64,000 nt of DNA from an uncultured Faecalibacterium sp. (GCA_902463235.1 CABQER010000003.1:9297-73296), one strand, 5' to 3'; shown: positions 11,282 through 22,205, numbered from the stretch's first letter. The notes: generated by a model from the letters alone, not told the origin. Translations and numbers: made by a program.

Positions 11282-12112
11282 TTGAAAGATTTTTTTGATA
11301 CCTGGAAATTCAAGATCCTTGTGGCCGTGGCGGTATTTCTGGTGGGCATCATGGCCTATGCCGGTGCCAACGGCCGCCTGACCGCCGCCCCGCAGGAGCT
11401 GCTGGGCGTGATCCTGACCCCTTTCCAGAAGGCGGCGGCTGTGGTCAGCGGCGGCGTGGGTGCGGTGTGGGAAAAATACACCAGCATCGACGAGGTCATG
11501 GAGCAGAACGAGCAGCTGGAAGCGGAAAACGCTGAGCTGCGCCAGCAGATGGTGGACTACGACCGCCTCAAGGCCGAAAACGAAGCCTACAAGGCGCTGG
11601 CTAATATTCAGAAAAAGAACAGCAACGCCACCTATGTGTCCGGCTTTGTCATTGGACGCGACCCGCTGGATGAGTTCGGAGGCTTCACATTGGACAAGGG
11701 CACCGCAGACGGCGTAGCGGTGAACGATGCTGTCATCAGCGACCGGGGCTATCTGCTGGGTATGGTGGTGGAAGCCGACCCGACCAGCTGCAAGGTGATG
11801 ACCATCCTGCACCCCAGCTTCAATGCGGCGGGGGTGGTCTCCCGCACCCGGGAAAACGGCATCCTGAACGGCAACACCACCTATGCAGCGGACGGTCTGT
11901 GCACCCTGACCAATCTGGAACGCAGCACCGAGACCCGTGCGGGCGATCAGGTCATAACCACCGGTCTGGGCGGGGTGTTCCCGCCGGATCTTCTGGTGGG
12001 CACGGTGCAGGACGTGGTGCCGGAAGCCAGCGGCAAATCCTCCATTGCGGTGGTGCGCCCCGGTGCCGACCCCCGCACCGCCAAGCACGTTTTTATCATT
12101 ACTGCGTACTAA
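11282..12112 (+). CDS. mreC: Rod shape-determining protein MreC
   Basis: N-terminal TM, coiled coil, LDKG..DGV and VITTGLGGVFP; follows mreB; TTG start. Confidence 0.92.
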   Translation: MKDFFDTWKFKILVAVAVFLVGIMAYAGANGRLTAAPQELLGVILTPFQKAAAVVSGGVGAVWEKYTSIDEVMEQNEQLEAENAELRQQMVDYDRLKAENEAYKALANIQKKNSNATYVSGFVIGRDPLDEFGGFTLDKGTADGVAVNDAVISDRGYLLGMVVEADPTSCKVMTILHPSFNAAGVVSRTRENGILNGNTTYAADGLCTLTNLERSTETRAGDQVITTGLGGVFPPDLLVGTVQDVVPEASGKSSIAVVRPGADPRTAKHVFIITAY

Positions 12113-12127
12113 GGAGGGCACACTGCT

Positions 12128-12661
12128 ATGGAATCTCGCCGCAAGCGCAGCCGCAGCCAGCTGCTGAAGTGGGGCTGCTATGTGCTGGCGCTGTTTGTGT
12201 GCGCCGCTTTGCAGACCACGCCCGGGCTGTTCCAGCTGGGGGAGGCAAAGCCGCTGCTGGTGTTGCCGCTGTGTCTGGCGGTGGCAGTATTTGAAGGAGA
12301 GTTTGCCGGAGCACTGCTGGGCACGGTAGGCGGCCTTTTGTGGGACTACGCCGCCGGGCGCACGGTGGGTATGCTGGCGCTGGAACTGCTGCTGCTCTGC
12401 TTTGGGGTATCGGTGCTGGTGCAGCTGTATTTGCAGGTGAACCCCGGCAACTTTGCCGCCGTAAGCACCGTAACGGCGCTGCTGGTGCTCTCGCTGGACT
12501 GGCTGTTTTTCTACTATATGCCGGGTTATACCGGCGCTGCGCTGCGGTATGTTGCCTTTGTACTGCCCAGTGCGGTGCTGACCATCCCGGCGGCGCTGCT
12601 GGCTTTCTGGCTGGTGCAGCGCATCCATGACGGGTTTGGGATCGACAACGGTGTGGTCTGA
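12128..12661 (+). CDS. mreD: Rod shape-determining protein MreD
   Basis: 177 aa polytopic membrane protein (GGLLWD) between mreC and a PBP gene. Confidence 0.8.
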   Translation: MESRRKRSRSQLLKWGCYVLALFVCAALQTTPGLFQLGEAKPLLVLPLCLAVAVFEGEFAGALLGTVGGLLWDYAAGRTVGMLALELLLLCFGVSVLVQLYLQVNPGNFAAVSTVTALLVLSLDWLFFYYMPGYTGAALRYVAFVLPSAVLTIPAALLAFWLVQRIHDGFGIDNGVV

Positions 12662-12680
12662 CCCGTAAAAGGAGAACCAG

Positions 12681-14918
12681 ATGAACGAAAATGAACGCAA
12701 GGTCGTGGTGCGGCGGATGCTGCTGCTCATCGCAGTGGCCTGTATCATCATGGGGCTGTATACCTTCCGGCTGATCTTTTTGCAGCTGGTCAATGGGGAC
12801 AGCTTCAAGGCAAAAGCCACCAACACCACGGATTATAAGTTCACGGTCACCGCCGCGCGCGGCAATATCGTGGACAGCACCGGCAAGCGCATCGCCACCA
12901 CCAGCACCGGCTATAATGTGGTGCTGAACAAGCTGCAGATGGGGGATCAGGATCTGGACACCATGCTGCAGCAGATCGTGGAACTTTTGCGCCAGAACGA
13001 TGAAAAATGGCTGGACACCCTGCTCATCAGCGAGCCGGATGCCGCTGGAAACTATACCTTTACGGACAGCGCCGACAGCACCAGCGACCAGAAAACGCTG
13101 GCAGACATGAAGGAGACGCTGGGCCTGCAGCAGTACGCCACCGCCAACGATGTGATGGAGATGCTGGTGGAAAAGAACCATCTGGAAAGCTTCTCCCTGC
13201 CGTGGCAGCGGGTGCTGGCGGGCATCCATTACGAGATGGACCGGCAGGCCTTTTCCAACGTGAATAACTTTGTTATGGCGGAAAATGTCAGTCAGGTGAC
13301 GGTTGCTGCCATCAAGGAGCATTCCCTTACTTTGCCGGGCGTGGAGATCGTGGAGACCAGCACCCGCAGCTATGAGCAGGGAGATATTCTCCCCGCTGTG
13401 TTGGGGCGCGTGGGCAAGATCACCGCCGAAAAGTGGAAGGTGACCGACGAAAACGGTCAGGTGACCTATCCGCTCAAGGAAAAAGGCTATAACATGAACG
13501 ATGTGATCGGCATCTCCGGCCTGGAGTCCGTGTACGAGGACGAACTGCGCGGCAAGGACGGCGTGGAGACCATCACCCGCAATTCGGACGGTGTGATCGT
13601 GGACACCAAGATCACCACCGTGCCGGAGCCGGGACATACCGTGCAGCTGACCATCAACAGCGACTTTCAGCGTGCGGTGGATAAGGCCCTTGCCAACAAC
13701 ATCGATATGATCAACCGGGTGTACAACACCGGCGATATGAAAGCTGCCGCCGGTGCTGCGGTGGTGCTGGATGTGAAGGACGGCAGCGTGCTGGCGGCTG
13801 CGAACTACCCCAGCTTTGACCAGAATCTGTACGCCACAAACTATTCTGAGTACAGCGCCGACCCCAGTCTGCCCCTGTTCAACCGGGCGCTACAAGGCCT
13901 GTACACCCCCGGCTCTACCTTTAAACCGGCAGTGGCGGTGGCGGCGCTGGACAGCGGCCTGATCAACCAGTACTCCACTGTTAACTGCACCGGCGTGTAT
14001 ACCTATTATAAGGACTACCACCCCCGCTGCACCCGCCACGGCCACAGCGGCAACATTGATGTGGTAACCGCCATCAAGTGGAGCTGCAACATCTTCTTCT
14101 ACGATGTGGGACGCCGCCTGACCAGTGACGTCTACGATGCCTACGCCTACAAGCTGGGTCTTGGCCAGCGCACCGGCGTGGAGGTAAACGAGGCCGTGGG
14201 ACGTCTGACCAAAAAGACGGATAAAAACTACACCTCATCGCTGGATATTCAGGCCGCCATCGGGCAGGGCAACACGGTGGTAAGCCCCATCCAGCTGGCT
14301 ACCTACGCCGCCACGCTGGCCAACAACGGTGTGCGCTACCGCACCCACTTTGTCAAGGCGATTCTGGATACCAACACCGGCGAGGTGCTCAGCGAGACCC
14401 AGCCGGAGGTGATGGATATCATCGAGGGCAACGGCAACACCTTTGATCTTGTGCGGCAGGGCATGACACTGGTGCCCAGCACCATCAGCGGCAAGATCTC
14501 CAGCTACCCCATTGCCATCGCCTGCAAGACCGGCACCCCCCAGCGCAGTGAGACCTACGCCTCGGGCAAGCACTACCTGAACGCTATAATGATCGCCTAC
14601 CTCCCGGCAGACGACCCGGAGATCGCCATCGGCATCACGGTAGAGTACGGCGGCTACGGCGCCCGCACCGGCGATCTGGTGGTGGATATCGCCAACGCCT
14701 ACTTTGCCATGAAGGACGGCACGCTGGAGGTTGACCCCTATGTGGACCCGCGCACCGTGGCGCAGGAGGATGCCGCAGCATCGGATACCACTGCCCAGAC
14801 CGCCCCGGATGCTGCGAATGATGCACAGACCGCTGCCGCCGCCGCAGAACCGCAGCAGACGACTGCCCCCGCAGGGGTGACAGAGGAAGAAAACAACGAT
14901 GCAATGCTTGCGCAGTAA
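12681..14918 (+). CDS. mrdA: Class B penicillin-binding protein (PBP2/MrdA-like)
   Basis: ARGNIVD, PGSTFK (SxxK), SCN (SxN) and KTG motifs; N-terminal TM. Confidence 0.9.
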   Translation: MNENERKVVVRRMLLLIAVACIIMGLYTFRLIFLQLVNGDSFKAKATNTTDYKFTVTAARGNIVDSTGKRIATTSTGYNVVLNKLQMGDQDLDTMLQQIVELLRQNDEKWLDTLLISEPDAAGNYTFTDSADSTSDQKTLADMKETLGLQQYATANDVMEMLVEKNHLESFSLPWQRVLAGIHYEMDRQAFSNVNNFVMAENVSQVTVAAIKEHSLTLPGVEIVETSTRSYEQGDILPAVLGRVGKITAEKWKVTDENGQVTYPLKEKGYNMNDVIGISGLESVYEDELRGKDGVETITRNSDGVIVDTKITTVPEPGHTVQLTINSDFQRAVDKALANNIDMINRVYNTGDMKAAAGAAVVLDVKDGSVLAAANYPSFDQNLYATNYSEYSADPSLPLFNRALQGLYTPGSTFKPAVAVAALDSGLINQYSTVNCTGVYTYYKDYHPRCTRHGHSGNIDVVTAIKWSCNIFFYDVGRRLTSDVYDAYAYKLGLGQRTGVEVNEAVGRLTKKTDKNYTSSLDIQAAIGQGNTVVSPIQLATYAATLANNGVRYRTHFVKAILDTNTGEVLSETQPEVMDIIEGNGNTFDLVRQGMTLVPSTISGKISSYPIAIACKTGTPQRSETYASGKHYLNAIMIAYLPADDPEIAIGITVEYGGYGARTGDLVVDIANAYFAMKDGTLEVDPYVDPRTVAQEDAAASDTTAQTAPDAANDAQTAAAAAEPQQTTAPAGVTEEENNDAMLAQ

Positions 14919-15075
14919 AGTGCAGCTGCGTGCAAAGTGCTGAACTTGAACGAAAATTTGAATATTGTGTCCAAAAACCTGTTGTAAATGAGTTGCGTTT
15001 GTGATATCATGTATAACAAAGGAAATTTATCAAGTTTTTTATATACAAATGTTTCAATAGAGGAGAGATCTACAG

Positions 15076-15480
15076 ATGACGATTGCCCTGATCGCGCATG
15101 ACTCCAAAAAGGAGCTGATGGTTCAGTTCTGCACGGCGTACTGCCGTATTCTGAGCCAGCATAAATTGGTGGCGACCGGCACGACCGGCAAACTGATTTC
15201 CGAGGCCACCGGCCTGCAGGTACAGCGCTTTTTGGCCGGGGTGCAGGGCGGCGACCAGCAGATCGCGTCCCGCATTGCCTGCAACGAGATCGACCTGCTG
15301 CTGTTCTTCCGCGACCCCATCAATGCAAAGCCCAGCGAGCCGAATGAGATGACCTTGCTGCGCCTGTGCGATGTGCACAACATCCCCATGGCTACCAACA
15401 TCGCTACTGCTGAGGTACTGATTCACGGACTTGAGCGCGGAGATCTGGACTGGCGCGATATCGTGCACCCGCAGAACTAA
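15076..15480 (+). CDS. mgsA: Methylglyoxal synthase
   Basis: [42 protein letters not shown]. Confidence 0.95.
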   Translation: MTIALIAHDSKKELMVQFCTAYCRILSQHKLVATGTTGKLISEATGLQVQRFLAGVQGGDQQIASRIACNEIDLLLFFRDPINAKPSEPNEMTLLRLCDVHNIPMATNIATAEVLIHGLERGDLDWRDIVHPQN

Positions 15481-15487
15481 AATATGC

Positions 15488-15527
15488 AAAAAAGAAGCGC
15501 TGCATCGTACAGATGCGGCGCTTCTTT
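15488..15527. terminator. Bidirectional intrinsic terminator between convergent genes
   Basis: AAAGAAGCGCTGCATC...GATGCGGCGCTTCTTT inverted repeat with A and T tracts. Confidence 0.7.
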
Positions 15528-15565
15528 GCTTCTCAGGTGAAATGCAATGCGGATTTTCCGCTGGG

Positions 15566-16108
15566 TCAGACCGTGCCGTTTACCTTAAAATCCTGTGCCA
15601 TCTCCTGCACATCGGCGGCGGTAAACTCGCCCAAGGGCAGCAGCAGCCGGGCAAGGGTGTCCTGCGGCAGCGCCGCCAGTGCGGCGCTTTCGTCCAGTGC
15701 AGCATCCACGGCGGGGCAGACGGTGTGCACGCCGTCGCTGCCCAGCTCCACCCGGGCGTGGTGCCCGGTGGCAATGTACTGGATGCCCAGCTTGTCGGCA
15801 GCGGTCAGCAGGGCGGCAAACCGGGCGTCGTTGCCGCTGCCCAGCACCTCGGCGGGCTGGTCTGCCAGTGCCTCCGCCTTCAGCACGATGCACTCGATGC
15901 CAAGAGCCTCGGCAGCCTGCCGTGCGGCTGCTGCCCATGCGCTCTGGTCAGCGGCCAGCTGCACCACAGCCCCGGCCACGCCAAAGCCCTGCTGCTGCAA
16001 AATGCGCACCACAACGCCGCAATCTACGGTGCCGTCCATGCTGACAAGCACCTTGTCCTGTGTTTCGTAGGTGTCGAACCCGTTGCCGGGCAAAAATGCG
16101 TCGCTCAT
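15566..16108 (-). CDS. Degenerate MnmA-like (PP-loop/HUP domain only) protein
   Basis: [22 protein letters not shown] and [25 protein letters not shown] parallel the MnmA N-terminal domain; only 180 aa; ATGA overlap with the rnhA stop. Confidence 0.6.
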   Translation of the reverse strand: MSDAFLPGNGFDTYETQDKVLVSMDGTVDCGVVVRILQQQGFGVAGAVVQLAADQSAWAAAARQAAEALGIECIVLKAEALADQPAEVLGSGNDARFAALLTAADKLGIQYIATGHHARVELGSDGVHTVCPAVDAALDESAALAALPQDTLARLLLPLGEFTAADVQEMAQDFKVNGTV

Positions 16109-16569
16109 GTTCCTTGCCTCCCGCCATGTGCTTTGCTTTGCGCTACGGCCAGCTGGTCGCAGCGTTCGTTTTCCGGGTGGCCTGCATGGCCTTTTACCCA
16201 GACGTAGGTGATCTTGTGCCGTGCCTCCTGCTCCAGTGCCTGTGCCCATAAGTCCGGGTTCAGGGCGGGAGAGCCATCGGCCTTTTTCCAGCCCCGGCGC
16301 TTCCAGCCCTTGGCCCAGCCCTTTTCCAGCCCGTTGATCACATACTGGCTGTCAGAGCACAGCCGCACCTCGCAGGGTTCCTTGAGCTGGCGCAGCGCCT
16401 CGATAAAGGCTGTCAGCTCCATGCGGTTGTTGGTGGTGCTGGCGTCGCCGCCGCTCAGTTCCTTTTCGTACACTTTGCCGTCAAAGCGGTAGCGCAGCAC
16501 CGCACCCCAGCCGCCCGGGCCGGGATTGCCGCTGCAAGCGCCGTCTGTGTACACCTCTACCTGTTTCAT
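16105..16569 (-). CDS. rnhA: Ribonuclease HI
   Basis: [44 protein letters not shown]. Confidence 0.97.
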   Translation of the reverse strand: MKQVEVYTDGACSGNPGPGGWGAVLRYRFDGKVYEKELSGGDASTTNNRMELTAFIEALRQLKEPCEVRLCSDSQYVINGLEKGWAKGWKRRGWKKADGSPALNPDLWAQALEQEARHKITYVWVKGHAGHPENERCDQLAVAQSKAHGGRQGT

Positions 16570-16670
16570 GGGGTTCTCCTTATAGAATAGAATACCTTTA
16601 TTTAGCGCTATTTTACCCGGGATGTCAAGAGCCAATGTATACGTCGGCCCAGTTTTGCCAAACCTTGGAA

Positions 16671-16699
16671 TTGACAAAACCGGTGCGAGATACTATACT
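16671..16699 (+). promoter_or_regulatory. sigma70/sigmaA promoter of rnj
   Basis: TTGACA-17 nt-TATACT. Confidence 0.7.
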
Positions 16700-16971
16700 T
16701 AGCGTAACAAAATGCGTATAGGGGTGCACCAAAGGCGTGCGCCCGGCTGTTCCGGCAGAAACGCCACAGTCGCATCGAACAGATGGACTTACATGGCCAA
16801 GAATCTCTTGCGGAACCAACAGCGCTGCTGCAAAAAGCGCGCTGAACGATAAATTCTATACGATGCATCAACCGGAAGCCGATGCAGTTTCAGGTGCTTC
16901 CCCTGTGCAAGGTGCGGCTGCTCTCCCCGGCGGGGCGCGGTCTGGCTTGCAATTGAATCTGGAGGTAAAGA

Positions 16972-18801
16972 ATGGCTCAAACAAAAGAAAATAACCCCGC
17001 ACCCCGCGCAAAAGCCCCGGCAGCGCCCAAGGCAGCCGCCGCAAACGGCACTGCTCCCGCAGGGGAAAAGCATACCCGTCCCACTACCCGCCGTCCCTAC
17101 TATAACCGCCGCCCGCGCCGTGCGCAGCAGCCCAAGGAGGCAGCGACCCCCATCCATATCTACCCGCTGGGCGGTCTGGGCGAGGTCGGCAAGAACATGA
17201 CCGTCTACGAGTGCAACGGCGATATGATCATCGTGGACTGCGGCTTGGTGTTCCCGGACAGCGAGATGTTCGGCGTGGACATGGTCATCCCGGACTTCAC
17301 CTTTGTGGTGCAGAACAAGGACAAGATCAAGGGCCTGCTCATCACCCACGGTCACGAGGATCACATTGGCAGCATTCCCTATCTGCTGCAAAAGATCAGC
17401 CTGCCGGTGTACGGCACCCGCCTGACCTGCGGCCTGATCAAGAATAAGCTGGAGGAGTTCGGCCTTGCCGGCAAGACCAAGTTTGTGGAGATCGTGCCCC
17501 GGCAGAAGATCAAGCTGGGCTGCTTTACCGTGGAACCTATCCATGTGAACCACTCTATCCCGGATGCCGTGGCCTTTGCCATCGACAGCCCCGCCGGTAC
17601 CATCATCCAGACCGGCGACTTTAAAATTGATTACACCCCGCTGGCCTGCGGCGTGACCGACCTGTCCACCCTGTCCGAGTACGGGCAGCGCGGTGTGCTG
17701 GCTTTGCTGAGCGATTCTACCAACGCGGAGCGCCCGGGCTTTACCGCCACCGAGCAGAAGGTGGCCGCCGGTGTGCGCAGCCTGTTTGCCCGCGCCCGCA
17801 ATAAGCGCATTATCATTGCAACCTTTGCGTCCAACATCTACCGCGTGCAGCAGATCATTGATCTGGCCGTGGAGGATGGCCGCAAGGTGGCCTTCAGCGG
17901 CCGCAGCATGGTCAACAACACCGCCATGGCGCAGGAACTGGGCTATATGCACATCCCGGAGGGCACTCTGATCAGCGTGGACGAACTGAACCAGTACCCG
18001 CCGGAGCAGGTGGTGCTGGTGACCACCGGCAGTCAGGGCGAGCCCCTGAGCGCGCTGAGCCGCATGGCCTCCTGCAGCCACCGTCAGGTGCGGGTAGGCC
18101 CCGGCGACTTCATCATCATCTCCGCCAACCCCATCCCCGGCAACGAAAAGAGCGTGACCAAGATCGTCAACGGTCTGCTGCTGCTGGGCGCAGAGGTCAT
18201 CTACGAGAGTATGTATGATGTGCACGTTTCCGGCCACGCCTGTCAGGAGGAGCAGAAGCTGATGCTCACCCTGACCAAGCCCAAGTACTTCCTGCCCGTG
18301 CACGGCGAGTATAAGCAGCTGAAAAAGCACGCCCTCACCGCTGCAAGTCTGGGCATCCCCACCAGCAATATCCTCATTGCGGAGAACGGCTCCAATGTTA
18401 TCCTCTCGCAGGACGAGATGAAGCTGGGCGAGCCGGTGACCGCCGGTGCCGTCATGGTGGACGGCCTTGGTGTGGGCGATGTGGGCAACGTGGTGCTGCG
18501 GGACCGCAAGCACCTCTCCGAGGATGGCCTTGTCATCATCGTGGCTACTGTGGACAGCAAGACCGGCAAGGTGCTGGCCGGACCGGATCTGGTAAGCCGG
18601 GGCTTCGTGTATGTGCGCGAGAACGAGAGCCTGATGGACGGTGCCCAGAGCATTGTGGAAAATGCACTGGAGCGCTGTGTGGATGAGCACGTCCGGGACT
18701 GGAACAGCGTAAAGACCCGTGTGCGTGAGGCACTGAGCAGCTATATCTACCGGCGCACCAAGCGCAGCCCGATGATCCTGCCGATCCTGATGGAGGTCTG
18801 A
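16972..18801 (+). CDS. rnj: Ribonuclease J
   Basis: PLGGLGEVGKNM, THGHEDHIG, TGDFK, DSTNAE, TTGSQGEP, HVSGHA. Confidence 0.96.
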   Translation: MAQTKENNPAPRAKAPAAPKAAAANGTAPAGEKHTRPTTRRPYYNRRPRRAQQPKEAATPIHIYPLGGLGEVGKNMTVYECNGDMIIVDCGLVFPDSEMFGVDMVIPDFTFVVQNKDKIKGLLITHGHEDHIGSIPYLLQKISLPVYGTRLTCGLIKNKLEEFGLAGKTKFVEIVPRQKIKLGCFTVEPIHVNHSIPDAVAFAIDSPAGTIIQTGDFKIDYTPLACGVTDLSTLSEYGQRGVLALLSDSTNAERPGFTATEQKVAAGVRSLFARARNKRIIIATFASNIYRVQQIIDLAVEDGRKVAFSGRSMVNNTAMAQELGYMHIPEGTLISVDELNQYPPEQVVLVTTGSQGEPLSALSRMASCSHRQVRVGPGDFIIISANPIPGNEKSVTKIVNGLLLLGAEVIYESMYDVHVSGHACQEEQKLMLTLTKPKYFLPVHGEYKQLKKHALTAASLGIPTSNILIAENGSNVILSQDEMKLGEPVTAGAVMVDGLGVGDVGNVVLRDRKHLSEDGLVIIVATVDSKTGKVLAGPDLVSRGFVYVRENESLMDGAQSIVENALERCVDEHVRDWNSVKTRVREALSSYIYRRTKRSPMILPILMEV

Positions 18802-18849
18802 TCCGGGCGCACCGCAAAGCGGTGCAGCGTCTGAGGAGGCAAAAAACCA

Positions 18850-20847
18850 ATGAAACGTAAACCAAGATGGACACTGGAAATGCTCACGGCCAGTCTGGCG
18901 GTGCTGTGCGGCCTTTTGCTGCTGGTGCTGCTGGTGCAGCGCCCTACGGCATGGCCGCTGCTGGCCGTGCTGGTGGTGCTGTGGGGCATAGGGGCAACCT
19001 TGTTCCGCTGCAAGCTGCGCAGCTGGGTGGTGCGCTGGACAAGCGGCACCACGTTTGAAAAATCCAAGGTGCAGTTCAGTCTGGAGCCCCTTTCCCAGCC
19101 TGCGGCGCTGCTTTCCGGCGAGACGGTGCTGTGGTACAACAGCCAGTTCCGCACCCGCCTGCTGGGCGGGCAGGATGTGCTGGCCAGCCGGGTGCAGAAG
19201 CTGCTGCCCGGGCTGGATCTGCAGCTGTGCCGCAAGCGTGAAGGGCAGTTGCTGACCCTTGCCGACGGCTACTGGAGCGTGCACAGCTCCACCGTGCCCG
19301 GCGAAGCCGAAAGCATGACCCTGCTGGTGCTGAATGAGGAGACCGAGCTGCGCCGCATTGAGGCAGAGTATAAGGCCAGCCGTCCGGGGTATCTTGCCTT
19401 TCAGCTGGATGGCTACGACGATGTGTTCGGGGATCTGATGGACAGTGAACGCGCCCGCCTGCTGGAGGGCGTCAACCGCATTCTGGAGGATATGATCGGG
19501 CGCGGCAGCGGCTTTCTGCGCCGGGTAGGCAGCGGCGGTCGCTACATCGCAGTGGTGGAGGAGCGCCAGCTGGAGCAGTTCTCCAACCGTGGTTACGATG
19601 TGCTGGATAAGATCCGCGCACTGGACCCCGGCGTGAGCCTTTCGATGTCCATTGGTATCGGACGCGGTGCACGCACCCTGCGGGAAGCGCAGGATATGGC
19701 CGAGCACGCGTTGGATATGGCGCAGGGACGCGGCGGCGATCAGGCCGCTGAAATGACGCTGGACGGCTTTACCTTCTACGGCGGCGTGAGCCATGGTGTG
19801 GAAAAGCGCAGCAAGGTGCGCAGCCGCCTTGTGGCTGACCAGCTGGTCAAGCTGATCAAAGAGGCTGACCATGTGGTCATCATGGGTCACCGCATGAGCG
19901 ATCTGGATGCCATCGGCGCAGCCGAAGGCGTGCTGCGCATTTGCAAGATCTGCGATGTGCCGGCGGTCATCGCCGTCCGGCGGGACGCTACGCTGGCGGC
20001 CAGCCTGATCGATGCGCTATGCAAGGCGGGGCAGAAGGATGACTTCATTGACCCCAAGGACGCCCTGCCCATTATCTCCAAGCGTACCCTGTGTATCGTG
20101 GTGGATACATATCAGGTGGGCCTTGTGGAGAGCAAGGACATTCTGGAAAAATGCGGCAAGGTGGCCGTCATCGACCACCACCGCAAGGGCGTGGGCTACA
20201 TCGAGAACCCGGCGCTGGTCTGCCACGAGCCCTATTCTTCCTCGGCCAGCGAGCTTGTCACCGAGCTGTTGCAGTATGTGGGCGAGCGGGACGACAAGCC
20301 CAACCGCGTGGAAGCCGAAGGTCTGCTTGCCGGTATCCTGTTGGATACGCAGGACTTTACCCTGCACACCGGCGTGCGCACCTTTGAAGCCGCCGCTGCC
20401 CTGCGCCGCTACGGCGCAGAGACCGAGCGGGTGCGCAGGCTGTTCGATGTGACCATGGTAGAGTACAACGCCAAGGCCGATCTGGTGGAAAAGGCGCAGA
20501 TGTACAAAAACTGTGCCATCTCCATTGGCGGCGAGGTCGCCCCGGAGGCCCGGGTCGCCATTGCGCAGGCCGCCAACGACCTGCTGCGCATTCAGGGCGT
20601 GGACGCCAGCTTTGTGGCAGTGCAGGTGGGCAACGGGGTCAACGTCTCTGCCCGCAGCATGGGTGCCGTGAATGTGCAGGTGATCATGGAGGCGCTGGGC
20701 GGCGGCGGTCATCAGACCATGGCAGCAGCCCAGTTAAAGCATATCACCCCGCAGGCGGCACGCAGCCGCATTCAGGATGCTATCGACCAATATTATCTCT
20801 CCCAGAAAAAGACTACGCCGGAAGCACGACCGGCAAAAGGGGAATAA
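18850..20847 (+). CDS. gdpP: GdpP-like cyclic-di-AMP phosphodiesterase (DHH/DHHA1)
   Basis: Two N-terminal TMs, degenerate GGDEF region (RGGDQA), MGH..SDLD, IDHHR, SARS and GGGGH motifs. Confidence 0.88.
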   Translation: MKRKPRWTLEMLTASLAVLCGLLLLVLLVQRPTAWPLLAVLVVLWGIGATLFRCKLRSWVVRWTSGTTFEKSKVQFSLEPLSQPAALLSGETVLWYNSQFRTRLLGGQDVLASRVQKLLPGLDLQLCRKREGQLLTLADGYWSVHSSTVPGEAESMTLLVLNEETELRRIEAEYKASRPGYLAFQLDGYDDVFGDLMDSERARLLEGVNRILEDMIGRGSGFLRRVGSGGRYIAVVEERQLEQFSNRGYDVLDKIRALDPGVSLSMSIGIGRGARTLREAQDMAEHALDMAQGRGGDQAAEMTLDGFTFYGGVSHGVEKRSKVRSRLVADQLVKLIKEADHVVIMGHRMSDLDAIGAAEGVLRICKICDVPAVIAVRRDATLAASLIDALCKAGQKDDFIDPKDALPIISKRTLCIVVDTYQVGLVESKDILEKCGKVAVIDHHRKGVGYIENPALVCHEPYSSSASELVTELLQYVGERDDKPNRVEAEGLLAGILLDTQDFTLHTGVRTFEAAAALRRYGAETERVRRLFDVTMVEYNAKADLVEKAQMYKNCAISIGGEVAPEARVAIAQAANDLLRIQGVDASFVAVQVGNGVNVSARSMGAVNVQVIMEALGGGGHQTMAAAQLKHITPQAARSRIQDAIDQYYLSQKKTTPEARPAKGE

Positions 20848-20850
20848 AAC

Positions 20851-21954
20851 ATGAAACAGTACGATTATCTCATCGTTGGTGCCGGCCTGTTCGGTGCCGT
20901 GTTTGCCCACGAGGCCAAAAAGGCGGGCAAAAAGTGTCTGGTCATCGATAAGCGCGACCATATCGCGGGCAATATCTACACCGAGAATGTGGAGGGCATC
21001 AACGTGCACCGCTACGGCGCGCATATCTTCCACACCAACAACAAGGCTGTGTGGCAGTATGTGAACCAGTTTGCAGAGTTCAACCGCTACACCAACAGCC
21101 CGGTGGCCAACTACCATGGTCAGATCTACAACCTGCCCTTCAACATGAACACCTTCAACAAGATGTGGGGTGTTGTGACCCCTGCCGAAGCCAAGGCCAA
21201 GATCGAAGAGCAGAAGGCTGCCGCGGGCATCACCGACCCGCAGAACCTCGAAGAGCAGGCCATCAGCCTTGTGGGCACCGATATCTACGAAAAGCTCATC
21301 AAGGGCTACACCGGCAAGCAGTGGGGACGCCCCTGCACCGAGCTGCCCGCCTTTATCATCAAGCGCCTGCCGGTGCGCTTTACCTACGACGACAACTATT
21401 TCAACGCCCTGTATCAGGGCATCCCTAATGGCGGCTATACTGCCATGGTGGAAAAGATGCTGGCTGATACCGAGGTGCGCCTGAACGTGGATTATCTGGC
21501 CGACAAGGCTGCGCTGGACGCACTGGCCGAAAAGGTGGTCTACACCGGCCCGGTGGATGCCTACTTCGGCTACCGTCTGGGTGCTTTGCAGTACCGCAGC
21601 GTCCGCTTTGAGACCGAGGTGCTGGACACCGACAACTATCAGGGCAACGCGGTGGTCAACTACACCGATGCCGAAACGCCTTATACCCGCATCATCGAGC
21701 ACAAGCATTTCGAGTTTGACACCCAGCCCAAGACCGTTATCAGCCGGGAGTACAGCGCCGAGTGGAAAAAGGGCGATGAGCCTTATTATCCCGTCAACGA
21801 CGAGAAGAACGGTGCGCTGTATGCACAGTACAAGGCGCTGGCCGATGCCGAGCAGGGTGTGATCTTCGGCGGCCGCCTGGGCGAGTATAAGTACTACGAT
21901 ATGGATAAGGTCATCGAGGTAGCGCTGGACGTGGCCGCAAAGGAGCTGGCTTAA
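20851..21954 (+). CDS. glf: UDP-galactopyranose mutase
   Basis: GAGLFG, HRYGAHIFHT, YTGKQWG, EPYYP, GRLGEYKYYDM. Confidence 0.96.
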   Translation: MKQYDYLIVGAGLFGAVFAHEAKKAGKKCLVIDKRDHIAGNIYTENVEGINVHRYGAHIFHTNNKAVWQYVNQFAEFNRYTNSPVANYHGQIYNLPFNMNTFNKMWGVVTPAEAKAKIEEQKAAAGITDPQNLEEQAISLVGTDIYEKLIKGYTGKQWGRPCTELPAFIIKRLPVRFTYDDNYFNALYQGIPNGGYTAMVEKMLADTEVRLNVDYLADKAALDALAEKVVYTGPVDAYFGYRLGALQYRSVRFETEVLDTDNYQGNAVVNYTDAETPYTRIIEHKHFEFDTQPKTVISREYSAEWKKGDEPYYPVNDEKNGALYAQYKALADAEQGVIFGGRLGEYKYYDMDKVIEVALDVAAKELA

Positions 21955-22205
21955 GAGGTTTTTAATGGCCGACGCGTTCGCTTTGGCCATCTTCAGAGGA
22001 AAAATCTTTTGGTAAAAATGTGTTTATCGCGGCCTACAGGCCGCGATAAACACGAAAAAAGAAAAAATTCCTTGCAGAATGTCCAGAGCGCAGCGGAGGA
22101 CATTTGAAATGCTGACCCGCTTCCTCTTGCCCAAAAACGACAAATGCGCTATACTATTACCATAAGACTGCACCGGTTTTCCGGTGAGAAGTGAGGGATA
22201 CTATC

